Assembly: GCF_000020225.1 (NCBI RefSeq)
Contig: NC_010655.1
Coordinates: 1,230,001 to 1,262,000, forward strand
Direction: 5' to 3'
From: Akkermansia muciniphila ATCC BAA-835
Lineage (GTDB): Bacteria > Verrucomicrobiota > Verrucomicrobiia > Verrucomicrobiales > Akkermansiaceae
DNA: 32,000 bases
The translations under genes were made by a program, and so were the position numbers. Below the pieces are notes generated by a model, which was not told the DNA's origin, did not search any database, and worked only from the letters and a program-made list of their open reading frames with translations. Position 1 is the first letter of the stretch, and each line of letters begins with the position of its first letter. Shown in pieces: positions 8,219 through 26,188 of this stretch.

Positions 8219-8245
8219 CCTTGAAGTGTGGGTGGAGAGAACAGG

Positions 8246-12442
<4,197 letters not shown>

Positions 12443-12471
12443 ATATTGAAAGTTTAAAGGATGTTTGATGC

Positions 12472-12501
12472 CCGCCCCCGCGTTTTGCGGCACGGGGGCG
12501 G
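12472..12501 (-). other. GC-only 9-bp stem-loop in the 72-nt rpoB-rpoC spacer
   Basis: ccgcccccg(12472..12480)/cggggggcgg-type complement cgggggcgg(12493..12501) with a 12-nt loop. No U-tract follows on the minus strand. It is more likely a processing or stability element than a terminator. Confidence 0.35.
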
Positions 12502-12514
12502 AATGCGGTGGATA

Positions 12515-16486
<3,972 letters not shown>

Positions 16487-16493
16487 CCTGAAA

Positions 16494-16510
16494 AACCCGG
16501 ATGCCGGGTT
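16494..16510 (-). other. Small hairpin plus U-run immediately upstream of the first rpoB ATG
   Basis: The minus strand reads AACCCGG-CAT-CCGGGTT followed by TTTCAGG ATG. Confidence 0.3.
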
Positions 16511-16603
16511 GGGCGGTTCTTTCCCTGGGGGACGGAACCGACTGGAAGCGTTTTACGAAATAAAAGGCCTCTAGTCGGTCACGCGGGATGTGAAGACGAG
16601 GAA

Positions 16604-16640
16604 GCGCAACAGGAGAAAAACGGCTTTTCTCCTGTTGCGC
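16604..16640 (-). terminator. Strong hairpin just after rplL; candidate partial terminator (attenuator) between rplL and rpoB
   Basis: 16-bp perfect stem gcgcaacaggagaaaa/ttttctcctgttgcgc with a 5-nt loop. On the minus strand it is followed by TTCCTCGTCTTC, a weak U-tract. This is the position of the classical E. coli rplL-rpoB attenuator. Confidence 0.5.
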
Positions 16641-16654
16641 GGGAAGTAAAAAGC

Positions 16655-17029
16655 TTACTTGACGTCTACCTTGGCGCCAGCTTCTTCCAGCTTGGCCTTG
16701 GCGGCGTTAGCTTCGTCCTTAGAGACAGCTTCCAGGATGACGGCGGGAGTGCCTTCAACCAGTTTCTTGGCGTCCACCAGGCCGAGGCCGGCCTTCACTT
16801 CGCGGACGGCCTTAATTACGGCAATCTTGTTGGCGCCGGCTTCCGTCAGAACGACGTTGAATTCGGTCTTTTCTTCTTCAGCTTCGGCAGGAGCGGCGGC
16901 AGCGCCGGCGGCAGCTACGGGAGCAGCGGCGGAAACGCCCCACTTTTCTTCCAGAAGCTTGACGAGGTCGGCAGCTTCCAGGATGGTAAGGGTGCCGAGT
17001 TCTTCAGCGATTTTGTTAATATCAGCCAT
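16655..17029 (-). CDS. rplL: 50S ribosomal protein L7/L12 (124 aa)
   Basis: [32 protein letters not shown]..., an Ala/Pro/Glu-rich hinge, then ...[14 protein letters not shown]. Start ATG at 17029. The upstream extension in the track is not supported. Confidence 0.96.
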   Translation of the reverse strand: MADINKIAEELGTLTILEAADLVKLLEEKWGVSAAAPVAAAGAAAAPAEAEEEKTEFNVVLTEAGANKIAVIKAVREVKAGLGLVDAKKLVEGTPAVILEAVSKDEANAAKAKLEEAGAKVDVK

Positions 17030-17187
17030 TGTATTATTTTCTAGTTTGGTTTCGAGTCGCGCCAAGAGCCAACTTGGCATTTCAGTTCTCCGGCCGGAGT
17101 TCCGACAAGGAACCTGTAGGAGAGTCGGGTCCGGTTTTCACACATTTGGCTAGAGTGCAACCGGACCGTCCGGTCAAGGGGTTGGTA

Positions 17188-17691
17188 TTAGGCGGCGGGT
17201 TCTTCGCTGCCGCCGTTTTCTTTGTCCACATATGCCTGAATAACTCGGGCAAGAGCGGAACCGGCCGCGTTGATAGTGCCAAGGAGTTTGGCAAGCAACT
17301 GGTCGCGGGGAGGCAGTTCGCCGATGGCGCGGATTTCGTCCGCGGAAAGAATGGCTCCATCCAGGATCGCCACCTTGTATTCGGCTTTCTTGGAAGCCTT
17401 GGCAAAGGTGTTGATGGCCTTGGCGGCGCCTGCTACGTCGGATGCGCCGGTCACGAAAGCGGTCTGGCCGACGAGGTGTTCCCCGATGTCGGGAAGGCCG
17501 GCATCCGTCAGAGCCGTGCGCATGAAGTTGTTCTTGGCTACGTGGCACTGAGCGCCGCAGGCGGCCAGGGCGGAACGCAGATTGGTGAACTCAGGCACGG
17601 TGATCGAGGTGTAGTCCACGACGATCAGGAACGGGGAGGCGTTGACGCGAGCGGTCAGGTCGTCAATGATGATACGCTTGTCAGGATTCAT
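17188..17691 (-). CDS. rplJ: 50S ribosomal protein L10 (167 aa)
   Basis: It sits in the conserved slot between rplA and rplL. The sequence MNPDKRIIIDDLTARVNASPFLIVVDYTSITVPEFTNLRSAL... has the L10-type N-terminal pattern. Confidence 0.93.
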   Translation of the reverse strand: MNPDKRIIIDDLTARVNASPFLIVVDYTSITVPEFTNLRSALAACGAQCHVAKNNFMRTALTDAGLPDIGEHLVGQTAFVTGASDVAGAAKAINTFAKASKKAEYKVAILDGAILSADEIRAIGELPPRDQLLAKLLGTINAAGSALARVIQAYVDKENGGSEEPAA

Positions 17692-17711
17692 GGTGTGCTA
17701 AATCGGTTCGG

Positions 17712-17741
17712 GTTACAGTTTGGCGATGGAAGCGGTGTCAA
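17712..17741 (-). promoter_or_regulatory. Possible internal promoter for rplJ-rplL(-rpoBC), overlapping the end of rplA
   Basis: The minus strand reads TTGACA (17741..17736), an 18-nt spacer, then TGTAAC (17717..12). The -35 is perfect and the -10 is mediocre. E. coli also has a promoter between rplA and rplJ. Confidence 0.25.
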
Positions 17742-18414
17742 CCGGCAGACCGGGGCACATGGCGCATGAAACGGTGACGGATTCGATGTAGGCGCCCTTG
17801 GCGGAAGCCGGGCGGGCCTTGACGACGGAATCAATCAGGGCAGCGATGTTTTCGGCGATGCTTTCGTTGGAGAAAGACAGCTTGCCTACAGCGGCGGAGA
17901 TATTGGCGTTCTTGTCAACCTTGTAGTCAACGCGGCCGGCTTTCACTTCCTTCACAGCCTTGGCCGTATCGTCCGTGACGGTACCGGTTTTCGGGTTGGG
18001 CATCAGGCCGCGCGGACCCAGTACACGGGCAACCTTGCGAACCTCCGTCATGGCGTCGGGGGTGGCAATGGCCGTATCAAAGTCAACAAATCCTCCCTGG
18101 ACTTTCTTGATGAGATCTTCAAACCCCACGAATTCGGCTCCGGCTTCCTGGGCGGCCTTGGCGGCATCGCCCTGGGCGAAGACGAGGACGCGGACGTTTT
18201 TACCCGTGCCGTTAGGCAGGGAAACGCTGCCGCGAACCATCTGGTCGGATTTGCGGGGGTCCACAGTCAGATGGAAGGAGACGGTGACGGTCGGGTCGAA
18301 TTTCGGTGCCGGGAAGGATTTCATGGTTTCCACGGCTTCCGTGATGCTGTAGTTCTTGTTAGGGGTAACAAGCTTGGCTGCTTCTTGATATCGCTTGCTG
18401 CGTTTGGTAGACAT
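17713..18414 (-). CDS. rplA: 50S ribosomal protein L1 (233 aa)
   Basis: MSTKRSKRYQEAAKLVTPNKNYSITEAVETMKSF...FDPTVTVSFHLTVDPRKSDQMVRGSVSLPNGTGK... is a typical L1 sequence, and the gene is in the conserved position. Confidence 0.95.
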   Translation of the reverse strand: MSTKRSKRYQEAAKLVTPNKNYSITEAVETMKSFPAPKFDPTVTVSFHLTVDPRKSDQMVRGSVSLPNGTGKNVRVLVFAQGDAAKAAQEAGAEFVGFEDLIKKVQGGFVDFDTAIATPDAMTEVRKVARVLGPRGLMPNPKTGTVTDDTAKAVKEVKAGRVDYKVDKNANISAAVGKLSFSNESIAENIAALIDSVVKARPASAKGAYIESVTVSCAMCPGLPVDTASIAKL

Positions 18415-18465
18415 GTGTGTATTTGGCAGTGCGTTCGGACTGGTTTAATCCTCCTGCGGTGAGTG

Positions 18466-18894
18466 TTACATACCTTCAACTTCAATGCCCATCTGGCGAG
18501 CCTGGCCGGCAAGAATGCGGGCGGCGCGTTCAGGGTCTTTCGTGTTGAGGTCAGGGAGTTTGGTGTTGACAACTTCCATCAGCTTGGCCTTGGAAAGGGT
18601 GGCGACTTTCTTTTTGTTCGGTTCGCCGGAGCCGGAGGCGACGCCTGCGGCTTTCTTGAGAAGCACGCTGCCCGGGGGCTGCTTGGTGATGAAAGAAAAT
18701 GACTTGTCCTTGTAAACCGTGATGACGGTCGGCAGGAGATCGCCGGCCTGCTTTTGCGTGGCGGCGTTGAACTCCTTGCAGAATGCCATGATGTTTACAC
18801 CGGCCTGACCAAGTGCCGGACCCACGGGCGGGGAGGGGTTAGCGGCTCCGGCATTGATCTGGAGCTTGATGATTTTGGTTATTTCTTTTGCCAT
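18466..18894 (-). CDS. rplK: 50S ribosomal protein L11 (142 aa)
   Basis: [44 protein letters not shown]... carries the L11 signature. Confidence 0.96.
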   Translation of the reverse strand: MAKEITKIIKLQINAGAANPSPPVGPALGQAGVNIMAFCKEFNAATQKQAGDLLPTVITVYKDKSFSFITKQPPGSVLLKKAAGVASGSGEPNKKKVATLSKAKLMEVVNTKLPDLNTKDPERAARILAGQARQMGIEVEGM

Positions 18895-18960
18895 GGTTTT
18901 GCTTTGTTAGCGGAGAAAATAAACGGGAAGGGGACTGATGGGGGGAGACGCAAAGAAGAT

Positions 18961-19530
18961 TCAGGCTTTTTCCACCTGCCAGTATTCCAGGTCCACAGGC
19001 GTGGCGCGGCCAAAAATGGAGACACTGACACGCAGCTTGCCCTTTTCCGGGTCGATTTCTTCGATGGTGCCTTCCTGGCTCTGGAACGGGCCTTCGCACA
19101 CGCGCACAGGGTCGCCGACGGCGAATTCCACCTTGGGACGGGCGGCGACGGCTTCCGCATCCAACAGGGGCAGAAGGTCTTCCACCTCGCGCTTGCGCAT
19201 GGGGAGGGGGGCGTTGCGGGAGCCGGCAATGCTGATGACACCGTCAATTTGCTGGATAAAGTACCAAAGGTCCTTGTTCAGGGTGCCGTCCGCTTCCAGC
19301 AGGTACATGTTGGCATAAACATACCCGGGAAAGAGTTTGCTGTGACGTTCCGTTTTTTTGCCGTTGCGCACTTCGGAAATAAGTTCCGTGGGGACTTCCA
19401 CCCGGTAAATGAAGTCGGAAAGCTCGGCGTCCTTCGCCTTGCGGATGATGCGGTCACGAACGCTGTTTTCCTGTCCGGAGAGGACGTGAAGGACATACCA
19501 TTGTTCGTGAGGCTCTGGGGTACTGGGCAT
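18961..19530 (-). CDS. nusG: Transcription termination/antitermination factor NusG (189 aa)
   Basis: NGN domain WYVLHVLSGQENSVRDRI... and a KOW-like FAVGDPVRVCEGPFQSQEGTIEEID. It occupies the conserved secE-nusG-rplK position. Confidence 0.93.
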   Translation of the reverse strand: MPSTPEPHEQWYVLHVLSGQENSVRDRIIRKAKDAELSDFIYRVEVPTELISEVRNGKKTERHSKLFPGYVYANMYLLEADGTLNKDLWYFIQQIDGVISIAGSRNAPLPMRKREVEDLLPLLDAEAVAARPKVEFAVGDPVRVCEGPFQSQEGTIEEIDPEKGKLRVSVSIFGRATPVDLEYWQVEKA

Positions 19531-19559
19531 GATCGGAGAAAGAAGTGGGGAGAGTAAAA

Positions 19560-19787
19560 CTAGATTGCCAACTGGATGAGATAGTTGACCACGCTGTGAA
19601 GAAAGATGTCGAACGATGCAACAAACGCGCCAAGGAATACCATGGCAATCAGTACGACGAGAGTGGAACCCCAGAGTTCGCGGAATTTTTTGAAACCTTT
19701 CACCTTGGGGTCGCTTTCCCAGGGCCAGGTCGTCTTCTTAAGTTCGCCCTTAACTTCGGCGATGAATTGAGAAATCTTGCGAAACAT
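19560..19787 (-). CDS. secE: Preprotein translocase subunit SecE (75 aa, single TM helix)
   Basis: MFRKISQFIAEVKGELKKTTWP... followed by one hydrophobic helix (TLVVLIAMVFLGAFVASFDIFL). It occupies the conserved position between tRNA-Trp and nusG. Confidence 0.88.
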   Translation of the reverse strand: MFRKISQFIAEVKGELKKTTWPWESDPKVKGFKKFRELWGSTLVVLIAMVFLGAFVASFDIFLHSVVNYLIQLAI

Positions 19788-19820
19788 GCTTCAAGGTGGG
19801 GTGGTGTATTTGGAAAGAAG

Positions 19821-19896
19821 TGGCAGGTCAGGAGGGACTCGAACCCCCAACTTTTGGTTTTGGAGACCAACGCTCTACCAATTGAACTACTGACCT
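19821..19896 (-). tRNA. tRNA-Trp (anticodon CCA), 76 nt with encoded 3' CCA
   Basis: The reverse complement is AGGTCAGTAGTTCAATTGGTAGAGCGTTGGTCTCCAAAACCAAAAGTTGGGGGTTCGAGTCCCTCCTGACCTGCCA. I folded it by hand: 7-bp acceptor stem, D arm, anticodon loop CTCCAAA, T arm GGGGG-TTCGAGT-CCCTC. Confidence 0.95.
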
Positions 19897-19920
19897 GTTG
19901 GAGTCTCTTCTTTCGTGGGA

Positions 19921-19952
19921 AATGAGGGGGCCTGCGGGGAGGCCCCCTCATT
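19921..19952 (-). terminator. 12-bp hairpin downstream of tuf (terminator or processing structure)
   Basis: aatgagggggcc/ggccccctcatt with an 8-nt loop, 39 nt past the tuf stop codon. On the minus strand it is followed only by a weak U-tract (TCCCACG). Confidence 0.45.
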
Positions 19953-19990
19953 AAACCTGATGTAGATTCCTCTACAAGTTCCTGAGGAAC

Positions 19991-21175
<1,185 letters not shown>

Positions 21176-21219
21176 AATATTATGTTTAGGTTTGGGCTGC
21201 TATGGGTCTAGCTTGAAGA

Positions 21220-21294
<75 letters not shown>

Positions 21295-21406
21295 ATAGAC
21301 TTCTTCCGCCTTTCGCTGCTCCTAGAGAAGTCGTAAATCCGCCCAAACCTGCGGTTCTAGCGGATAAATAGCATCCTCCCGTGTTGCCTGACGAAAAGCG
21401 GACGCT

Positions 21407-21435
21407 ATGTTACGTTTTTGGATGCAGGATGTCAA
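21407..21435 (-). promoter_or_regulatory. Sigma70-type promoter for the tRNA-Thr/tuf unit (TTGACA-17 nt-TAACAT) with an A/T-rich UP-like element
   Basis: The minus strand reads GCTGAAAAAATGTTCATGTTTTCA TTGACA TCCTGCATCCAAAAACG TAACAT. The -35 is at 21435..21430 and the -10 at 21412..21407, about 105 nt upstream of the tRNA 5' end. Confidence 0.5.
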
Positions 21436-21500
21436 TGAAAACATGAACATTTTTTCAGCTTTATGCCGCAAATACAGGGGGTTCATGTATAATATATTTA

Positions 21501-22583
21501 TCAGGAATGTGTTGAATGTTTGGATCTGTTTAAATCCTCCGTCAATTTAAGATTGGGGTCAACGTCTTCATCCAGAGAATGGAACAGTCCTCTTCGGGCT
21601 TTGAGACAGGTGACATAAGCGATCATGGCGGCATTATCCGTCGTCAGGTCGAAGTCCGGGAGAACCAGTTTCACTTTTTCACGGTCACAGGCGGTTTTCA
21701 GGCGGGAACGCAGCTCCCTGTTGCAGGAGACGCCCCCGGAGATGGAAAGGGTGCGGTGACCGGAGGCGCGCAAGGCCTTCAGCGCCTTGTGAATCAGGAC
21801 GTCCGTCACGGCCCGCTGGAAAGAAGCGCAGAGGTCGCGCAGAGTTTGCCGGGGCAGGCCGTGAGGATCGCCGTTTTTCGTAATTTTGGGCAGTGTATAG
21901 AGAACGGCCGTTTTCAGGCCGGAGAAAGATACGTTGGCTGTATGCTCTTTCATCAGGGCCCGGGGGAAAGAAAAGGCTTCCGGGTCGCCTTCCGCCGCCA
22001 AGCGGTCGATTTCCGGCCCTCCGGGATAGGGAAGGCCTAGCATTTTGCCTACCTTGTCAAAGGCTTCCCCTGCTGCGTCGTCCAGAGAGCGGCCCAGCAG
22101 GCGGTAGTTCCCTACGCCGCGCACATCCACAAAAAGGGTGTGGCCTCCGGAAACGACCATGCCCAGATGGGGAACGGGACCGCCGGGGCGTTTGAGGAAG
22201 GGGGAAAGCAGATGGCCTTCCAGATGATTGACGGAGACGAAGGGCCTGCCCGCTGCCAGAGCCAGAGCCTTGGCCGTGCTGTTGCCTACCAGAAGTGCAG
22301 CTACCAGGCCGGGGCCTCCCGTAGCGCCGAAGACGTCAATGTCCGCAGGAGCTGTTCCGGCTTCGCGGCACGCGGTTCGGATGATTCCGGGAAGATCCGC
22401 TGAATGGTTGCGGGAAGCCAGTTCCGGCACTACGCCGCCGTGCTGGCGGTGAATGGCAATTTGGGAGGAGATGACGGAGGAGAGTATTTCCGGAGCTTTT
22501 TCCTCTCCGGCAGAACGCAGGATGGCGACTGCCGTTTCATCACAGGAGGATTCTATTCCCAGAACGGTAAGGGATTCCGGCAT
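21501..22583 (-). CDS. tsaD: tRNA N6-adenosine threonylcarbamoyltransferase TsaD (360 aa)
   Basis: LGIESSCDETAVAIL N-terminal motif, NHLEGHLLSP metal-binding histidines, and Kae1/TsaD-like sequence throughout. Confidence 0.92.
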   Translation of the reverse strand: MPESLTVLGIESSCDETAVAILRSAGEEKAPEILSSVISSQIAIHRQHGGVVPELASRNHSADLPGIIRTACREAGTAPADIDVFGATGGPGLVAALLVGNSTAKALALAAGRPFVSVNHLEGHLLSPFLKRPGGPVPHLGMVVSGGHTLFVDVRGVGNYRLLGRSLDDAAGEAFDKVGKMLGLPYPGGPEIDRLAAEGDPEAFSFPRALMKEHTANVSFSGLKTAVLYTLPKITKNGDPHGLPRQTLRDLCASFQRAVTDVLIHKALKALRASGHRTLSISGGVSCNRELRSRLKTACDREKVKLVLPDFDLTTDNAAMIAYVTCLKARRGLFHSLDEDVDPNLKLTEDLNRSKHSTHS

Positions 22584-22606
22584 GGAGGAAGAACAGGGAG
22601 GGGAGG

Positions 22607-23977
22607 TTAGGAGGACTGGTGGATTTGGGCCGGCTTGTTGCCGGTAACCGTTTCCCTGGTAATGGTAACGGTGTCCGCATTTTTCATGCTGGGCACTTTG
22701 TACATGACGTCCAGCATGAGGGTTTCAAAGATGGAACGCAGAGCGCGGGCTCCCGTGCCGCGTTTCATGGCTTCGGCGGCCATGGCTTTCAGGGCGTCCG
22801 GCAGCACGTCCAGTTTGGCGCCGTACATGGCGAGCAGTTTGGAATATTGCTTGACCAGGGCGTTTTTGGGTTCCGTAAGAAGGCGGACGAGCTGGCTTTC
22901 ATCCAGCTTGGAGAGCGGACAGAAGATGGGCAGGCGTCCCACGAATTCCGGAATCATGCCGAAGGAGAAGAGGTCTTCCGGCATGGCCTGTGCCAGTATT
23001 TCCTCTTCCGAGTATTCCTTGCGGTCGCGTTGTTCCGTGATGGCTCCGAATCCCATCTGGGTGGCGCCGAGGCGTTTGCGGATGATGTCTTCCAGCCCGA
23101 CGAAAGCGCCGCCCACAATGAAGAGGATTTTTTCCGTATTGACGCGGATGTATTCCTGTTGCGGGTGCTTGCGGCCTCCGGTGGGAGGAACATTGCAGAT
23201 GGTGCCTTCAATGATTTTCAGCAGAGCCTGCTGCACGCCTTCCCCGGAGACGTCTCTCGTGACGGAGACATTCTGTGTTTTGCGTCCGATTTTGTCGATT
23301 TCATCCACGTAGATGATGCCTTGTTCCGCTTTCGCTACGTCAAAGTTGGCAGCCTGGAGCAGGCGCAGGATGATGTTTTCCACATCTTCCCCTACGTAAC
23401 CGGCTTCCGTCAGCGTGGTGGCGTCCACAATGCAGAATGGGACGTTGAGCATTTTCGCCAGCGTTTTCGCCAGCAGGGTTTTTCCTGAGCCGGTGGGGCC
23501 GGCCAGCAGGATGTTGGATTTTTCAATTTCCACATCGTCCAGGGACTTGTCGTCCAGCATGACAGCACTTTGGCGCAGGCGCATGTAGTGGTTGTACACG
23601 GCTACGGAAAGCACTTTTTTGGCGTAGTCCTGACCGATGACATACTGGTTGAGCGTAGCGCACATTTCTTCCGGTGTGGGCAGCGGGCCTTCATAGGAGG
23701 CCGGGCCGGCCGCCGTTTCCCTGAGCATGTCCGCGGCTGCCGCTTTGCGGGCCTCCGCCTGGCACATGGCGTAAGCGGAGGGTTCCATGTTCAGGATGCC
23801 GCGGATGAAGCGGGTCGCCATCGGAAGGCCTGTGTCCTTCACAATCATGTTGACGCAAATTTCAACGCAATTGTTGCAGATGTAAAAGTCTTCCGCAATC
23901 TGGATGAGTTTGTCCACCTTGTTCCCGGGCTTGCCGCAGCAGGAACAGGCAGGAAGATGAGGGGTGGAACCGGACAT
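22607..23977 (-). CDS. clpX: ATP-dependent Clp protease ATP-binding subunit ClpX (456 aa)
   Basis: N-terminal C4 zinc-binding domain (CSCCGK...ICNNCVEIC), Walker [19 protein letters not shown], Walker [11 protein letters not shown]. Confidence 0.96.
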   Translation of the reverse strand: MSGSTPHLPACSCCGKPGNKVDKLIQIAEDFYICNNCVEICVNMIVKDTGLPMATRFIRGILNMEPSAYAMCQAEARKAAAADMLRETAAGPASYEGPLPTPEEMCATLNQYVIGQDYAKKVLSVAVYNHYMRLRQSAVMLDDKSLDDVEIEKSNILLAGPTGSGKTLLAKTLAKMLNVPFCIVDATTLTEAGYVGEDVENIILRLLQAANFDVAKAEQGIIYVDEIDKIGRKTQNVSVTRDVSGEGVQQALLKIIEGTICNVPPTGGRKHPQQEYIRVNTEKILFIVGGAFVGLEDIIRKRLGATQMGFGAITEQRDRKEYSEEEILAQAMPEDLFSFGMIPEFVGRLPIFCPLSKLDESQLVRLLTEPKNALVKQYSKLLAMYGAKLDVLPDALKAMAAEAMKRGTGARALRSIFETLMLDVMYKVPSMKNADTVTITRETVTGNKPAQIHQSS

Positions 23978-24016
23978 GGTTTTTCAGGTAGAGAGAGAAA
24001 TGGCGGAGGGAAAGGG

Positions 24017-24673
24017 TCAGGCCTTGGTTTTTTTCTTGTCGCCCTGGTCATCAGAGTGATGCGCCAGAACTTTATCCACCAGGCCGTAGGCCACGGCTTC
24101 CTCGGCAGTCATGTAGTTGTCGCGGTCAGCATCCTTTTCAATTTGCTTTTCCGTTTTACCGGTATGTTTGGCCAGAATGCCGTTGAGGCGTTTTTTGAGG
24201 TTGAACATGAAGCCGATGGTGCGTTCCACATCTGAAGCGGTTCCCTGGGCACCTCCGGAAACCTGGTGAATCATTACGTGGGAGTTCGGCAGGCAGAAGC
24301 GTTTGCCGGGAGTTCCCGCAGCCAGAAGGACGGAACCCATGGAGGCCGCTATGCCCAGGCAATATGTATTTACGTCACAAGAGACGAATTGCATCGTATC
24401 GTAAATTGCGAGACCCGCCGTGACGGATCCTCCGGGGGAGTTGATGTAGACGTGGATGTCTTTTTTCGGGTCAGCCATCTGAAGGAACAGAAGCTGGGCA
24501 ATGACGGAATTCGCCACATCGTCGTCAATAGCGGAGCCGATGAAGATAACGCGGTCTTTCAGGAGACGGGAGTAAATGTCAAAGGCTCGTTCGCCGCGGC
24601 CGTCCTGCTCCACCACCATGGGCACATAATAGGAGTTTGCGGGGGTTGATTTGGAAGATTGGTCTTGAAACAT
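24017..24673 (-). CDS. clpP: ATP-dependent Clp protease proteolytic subunit ClpP (218 aa)
   Basis: Ser-His-Asp contexts [20 protein letters not shown] and [11 protein letters not shown]. It has a short Lys-rich C-terminal tail. Confidence 0.96.
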   Translation of the reverse strand: MFQDQSSKSTPANSYYVPMVVEQDGRGERAFDIYSRLLKDRVIFIGSAIDDDVANSVIAQLLFLQMADPKKDIHVYINSPGGSVTAGLAIYDTMQFVSCDVNTYCLGIAASMGSVLLAAGTPGKRFCLPNSHVMIHQVSGGAQGTASDVERTIGFMFNLKKRLNGILAKHTGKTEKQIEKDADRDNYMTAEEAVAYGLVDKVLAHHSDDQGDKKKTKA

Positions 24674-24727
24674 GTTTATGGAAGATTGGATGTTGTTTTT
24701 TCAATGTACGTTACCCGTCCGAAAGAT

Positions 24728-24767
24728 GCAAAACGGGGGAGTCGGGCATGTGTGCGCCAACTCCCCC
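24728..24767 (-). terminator. Rho-independent terminator after tig
   Basis: The minus strand reads GGGGGAGT...ACTCCCCC (8-bp outer stem plus an inner GGC/GCC pairing) followed by GTTTTGCATCTTTC. It lies 29 nt past the tig stop codon. Confidence 0.6.
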
Positions 24768-24795
24768 TGGTAAGGTGTTTTGTGCAGAGGAGGGG

Positions 24796-26106
24796 TTACT
24801 GCTCGTCTACCGTTACTTTGGCCTCTTTTGTCAGGAAGTCCAGAACCTTGGCTGTCAGCAGGCTCATTCTGATGCCATGCACGCGGCCTTCGCGCTGGAG
24901 TTCGCGAATGTAGGATTTGAGGTTCTTTTTCTGCTGGCGGGCCTGGCGGGCCACTTCGTTGTAAAGCTCCATTTCCGTGACGGCAATTTTTTCCACCTGC
25001 GCCACTTCCTGAAGCATGAAGAAGACCTTAAGGTTGCGCTTGGCCTCCTGTTTGGCTTCTTCCCGGGCTTCCTCCACAAACTTATCCATGTCCGCCGGGG
25101 CGTTTCCGCTGTACATGGCCTGCTGCATTTTCTGCTGGAGGATGCCGTACACTTCACGTTCTACGACGGCTTCCGGAAGGTTGAAGTCAAGCATGTCCGC
25201 CAGCTTTTCCGTGATCTGATCGGCCTTGGCCTCATCAATTTGCATGGCTTTGCGCTGGGCCAGGTTTTCCTTCAGGGCGGTTTTCAATTCTTCCAGGTTT
25301 TTGCCGGGAAGAACTTTTTCCGCAAAAGCATCATCCATGGCCGGAAGCTGTTTTTCCCGTACTTCTTTCACAGTGGCATGGAATACGAGTTCCTTGCCGC
25401 GCAGTTCCGTAATTGGGAAGGTATCCGGAATGGTGACGGTGATATCCTTGCTGTCACCGGCATTCAGGCCTTCCAGGGCGGAGGCGAAGCCGGGCAGGAA
25501 TTGATCGTCTTCCACCTTCATCCACTGGCCGTCACGGCCTTCCAGGAAGCCTACGGGTTTGCCTACGGCTTCCGCTACGGGCTTGCCGTCCAACGTGGTT
25601 TTGAAGTCGATAATCGCCACGTCGTCTTTTTGGGCGGCGCGGTCCACAGGGGTGAATTCCGCGATTTGTTCAGCCAGGGAGTTCAGAGCTTCCTCTACGT
25701 CTGCTTCCGTTACTTCGGAAGAGGGAACCTTGACTTCGATGCCTTTGTATTCCGGCAATTCAAATTCGGGAACCACGGTCATCGTGCTGGTAGCGGTGTA
25801 GTTGCCCTGGTCATCCAGAGATTGTTCCGGCTTTCCGAAGCTGAGCACTTTCAATTTGGGGTTTTCTTCCAGAGCGGTGGAGCAGGCCGTTTCAAAAAGG
25901 GTGTCCAGCAGTTCTTCTTCCATTTCTTTCTTGAAGCGCTTTTCAATGATGGACTTGGGTGTTTTGCCGGGGCGGAAGCCGGGAAGCTTGGCTTTGGCGG
26001 CATAGGAATCTACAATGGAGGCGCGGCGCGCAGCCGTGGTTTCTGCAGGGATGGAAGCTTTCAGCGTGGCTGTGCAGTCCGGTTGAATATCAACGTTGAT
26101 TTCCAT
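24796..26106 (-). CDS. tig: Trigger factor (436 aa)
   Basis: MEINVDIQPDCTATLKASIPAETT... is a typical trigger-factor start, and the sequence contains an FKBP-type PPIase region. I chose the start at 26106. The 44-codon upstream extension in the track overlaps the predicted promoter. Confidence 0.93.
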   Translation of the reverse strand: MEINVDIQPDCTATLKASIPAETTAARRASIVDSYAAKAKLPGFRPGKTPKSIIEKRFKKEMEEELLDTLFETACSTALEENPKLKVLSFGKPEQSLDDQGNYTATSTMTVVPEFELPEYKGIEVKVPSSEVTEADVEEALNSLAEQIAEFTPVDRAAQKDDVAIIDFKTTLDGKPVAEAVGKPVGFLEGRDGQWMKVEDDQFLPGFASALEGLNAGDSKDITVTIPDTFPITELRGKELVFHATVKEVREKQLPAMDDAFAEKVLPGKNLEELKTALKENLAQRKAMQIDEAKADQITEKLADMLDFNLPEAVVEREVYGILQQKMQQAMYSGNAPADMDKFVEEAREEAKQEAKRNLKVFFMLQEVAQVEKIAVTEMELYNEVARQARQQKKNLKSYIRELQREGRVHGIRMSLLTAKVLDFLTKEAKVTVDEQ

Positions 26107-26188
26107 AAATAATACGGTCAGTGTTAATTGAAAGTGGTTCTGTTTCAGCTCCGGGATGGCGGCAGCGGTCAAAACACGAGCGGCGATA

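Noticed and set aside
8012-8224. 70-aa + ORF in the AT-rich region between the autotransporter and rpoC.
   Set aside because: It runs through both inverted repeats and the rpoC terminator hairpin. Its sequence is AT-driven and low-complexity (MGFSSFHLPPLLKQGEAYYKTFILNIKYQILY...). There is no promoter or coding signal.
12443-12493. N-terminal extensions offered by the ORF track: rpoC to 12493, rplL to 17080, tig to 26238, and the GTG/TTG starts at 1688, 26315, 28799 and 31570.
   Set aside because: The extensions run into spacer hairpins or predicted promoters and add non-conserved residues. Internal ATGs give canonical N-termini ([32 protein letters not shown]...).
19700-19951. 83-aa minus ORF, and + ORF 19545..19925, spanning tRNA-Trp.
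   Set aside because: They read straight through a well-folded tRNA gene and the secE coding region.
24674-24727. Heat-shock (sigma32-like) or sigma70 promoter directly upstream of clpP (TTGAAA ... CCATAA).
   Set aside because: The spacing is wrong for sigma32 (17 nt versus ~13-15 nt). The implied transcription start would fall at or beyond the ATG. The alternative, TTGCAT-17-TACATT, is too weak to call.
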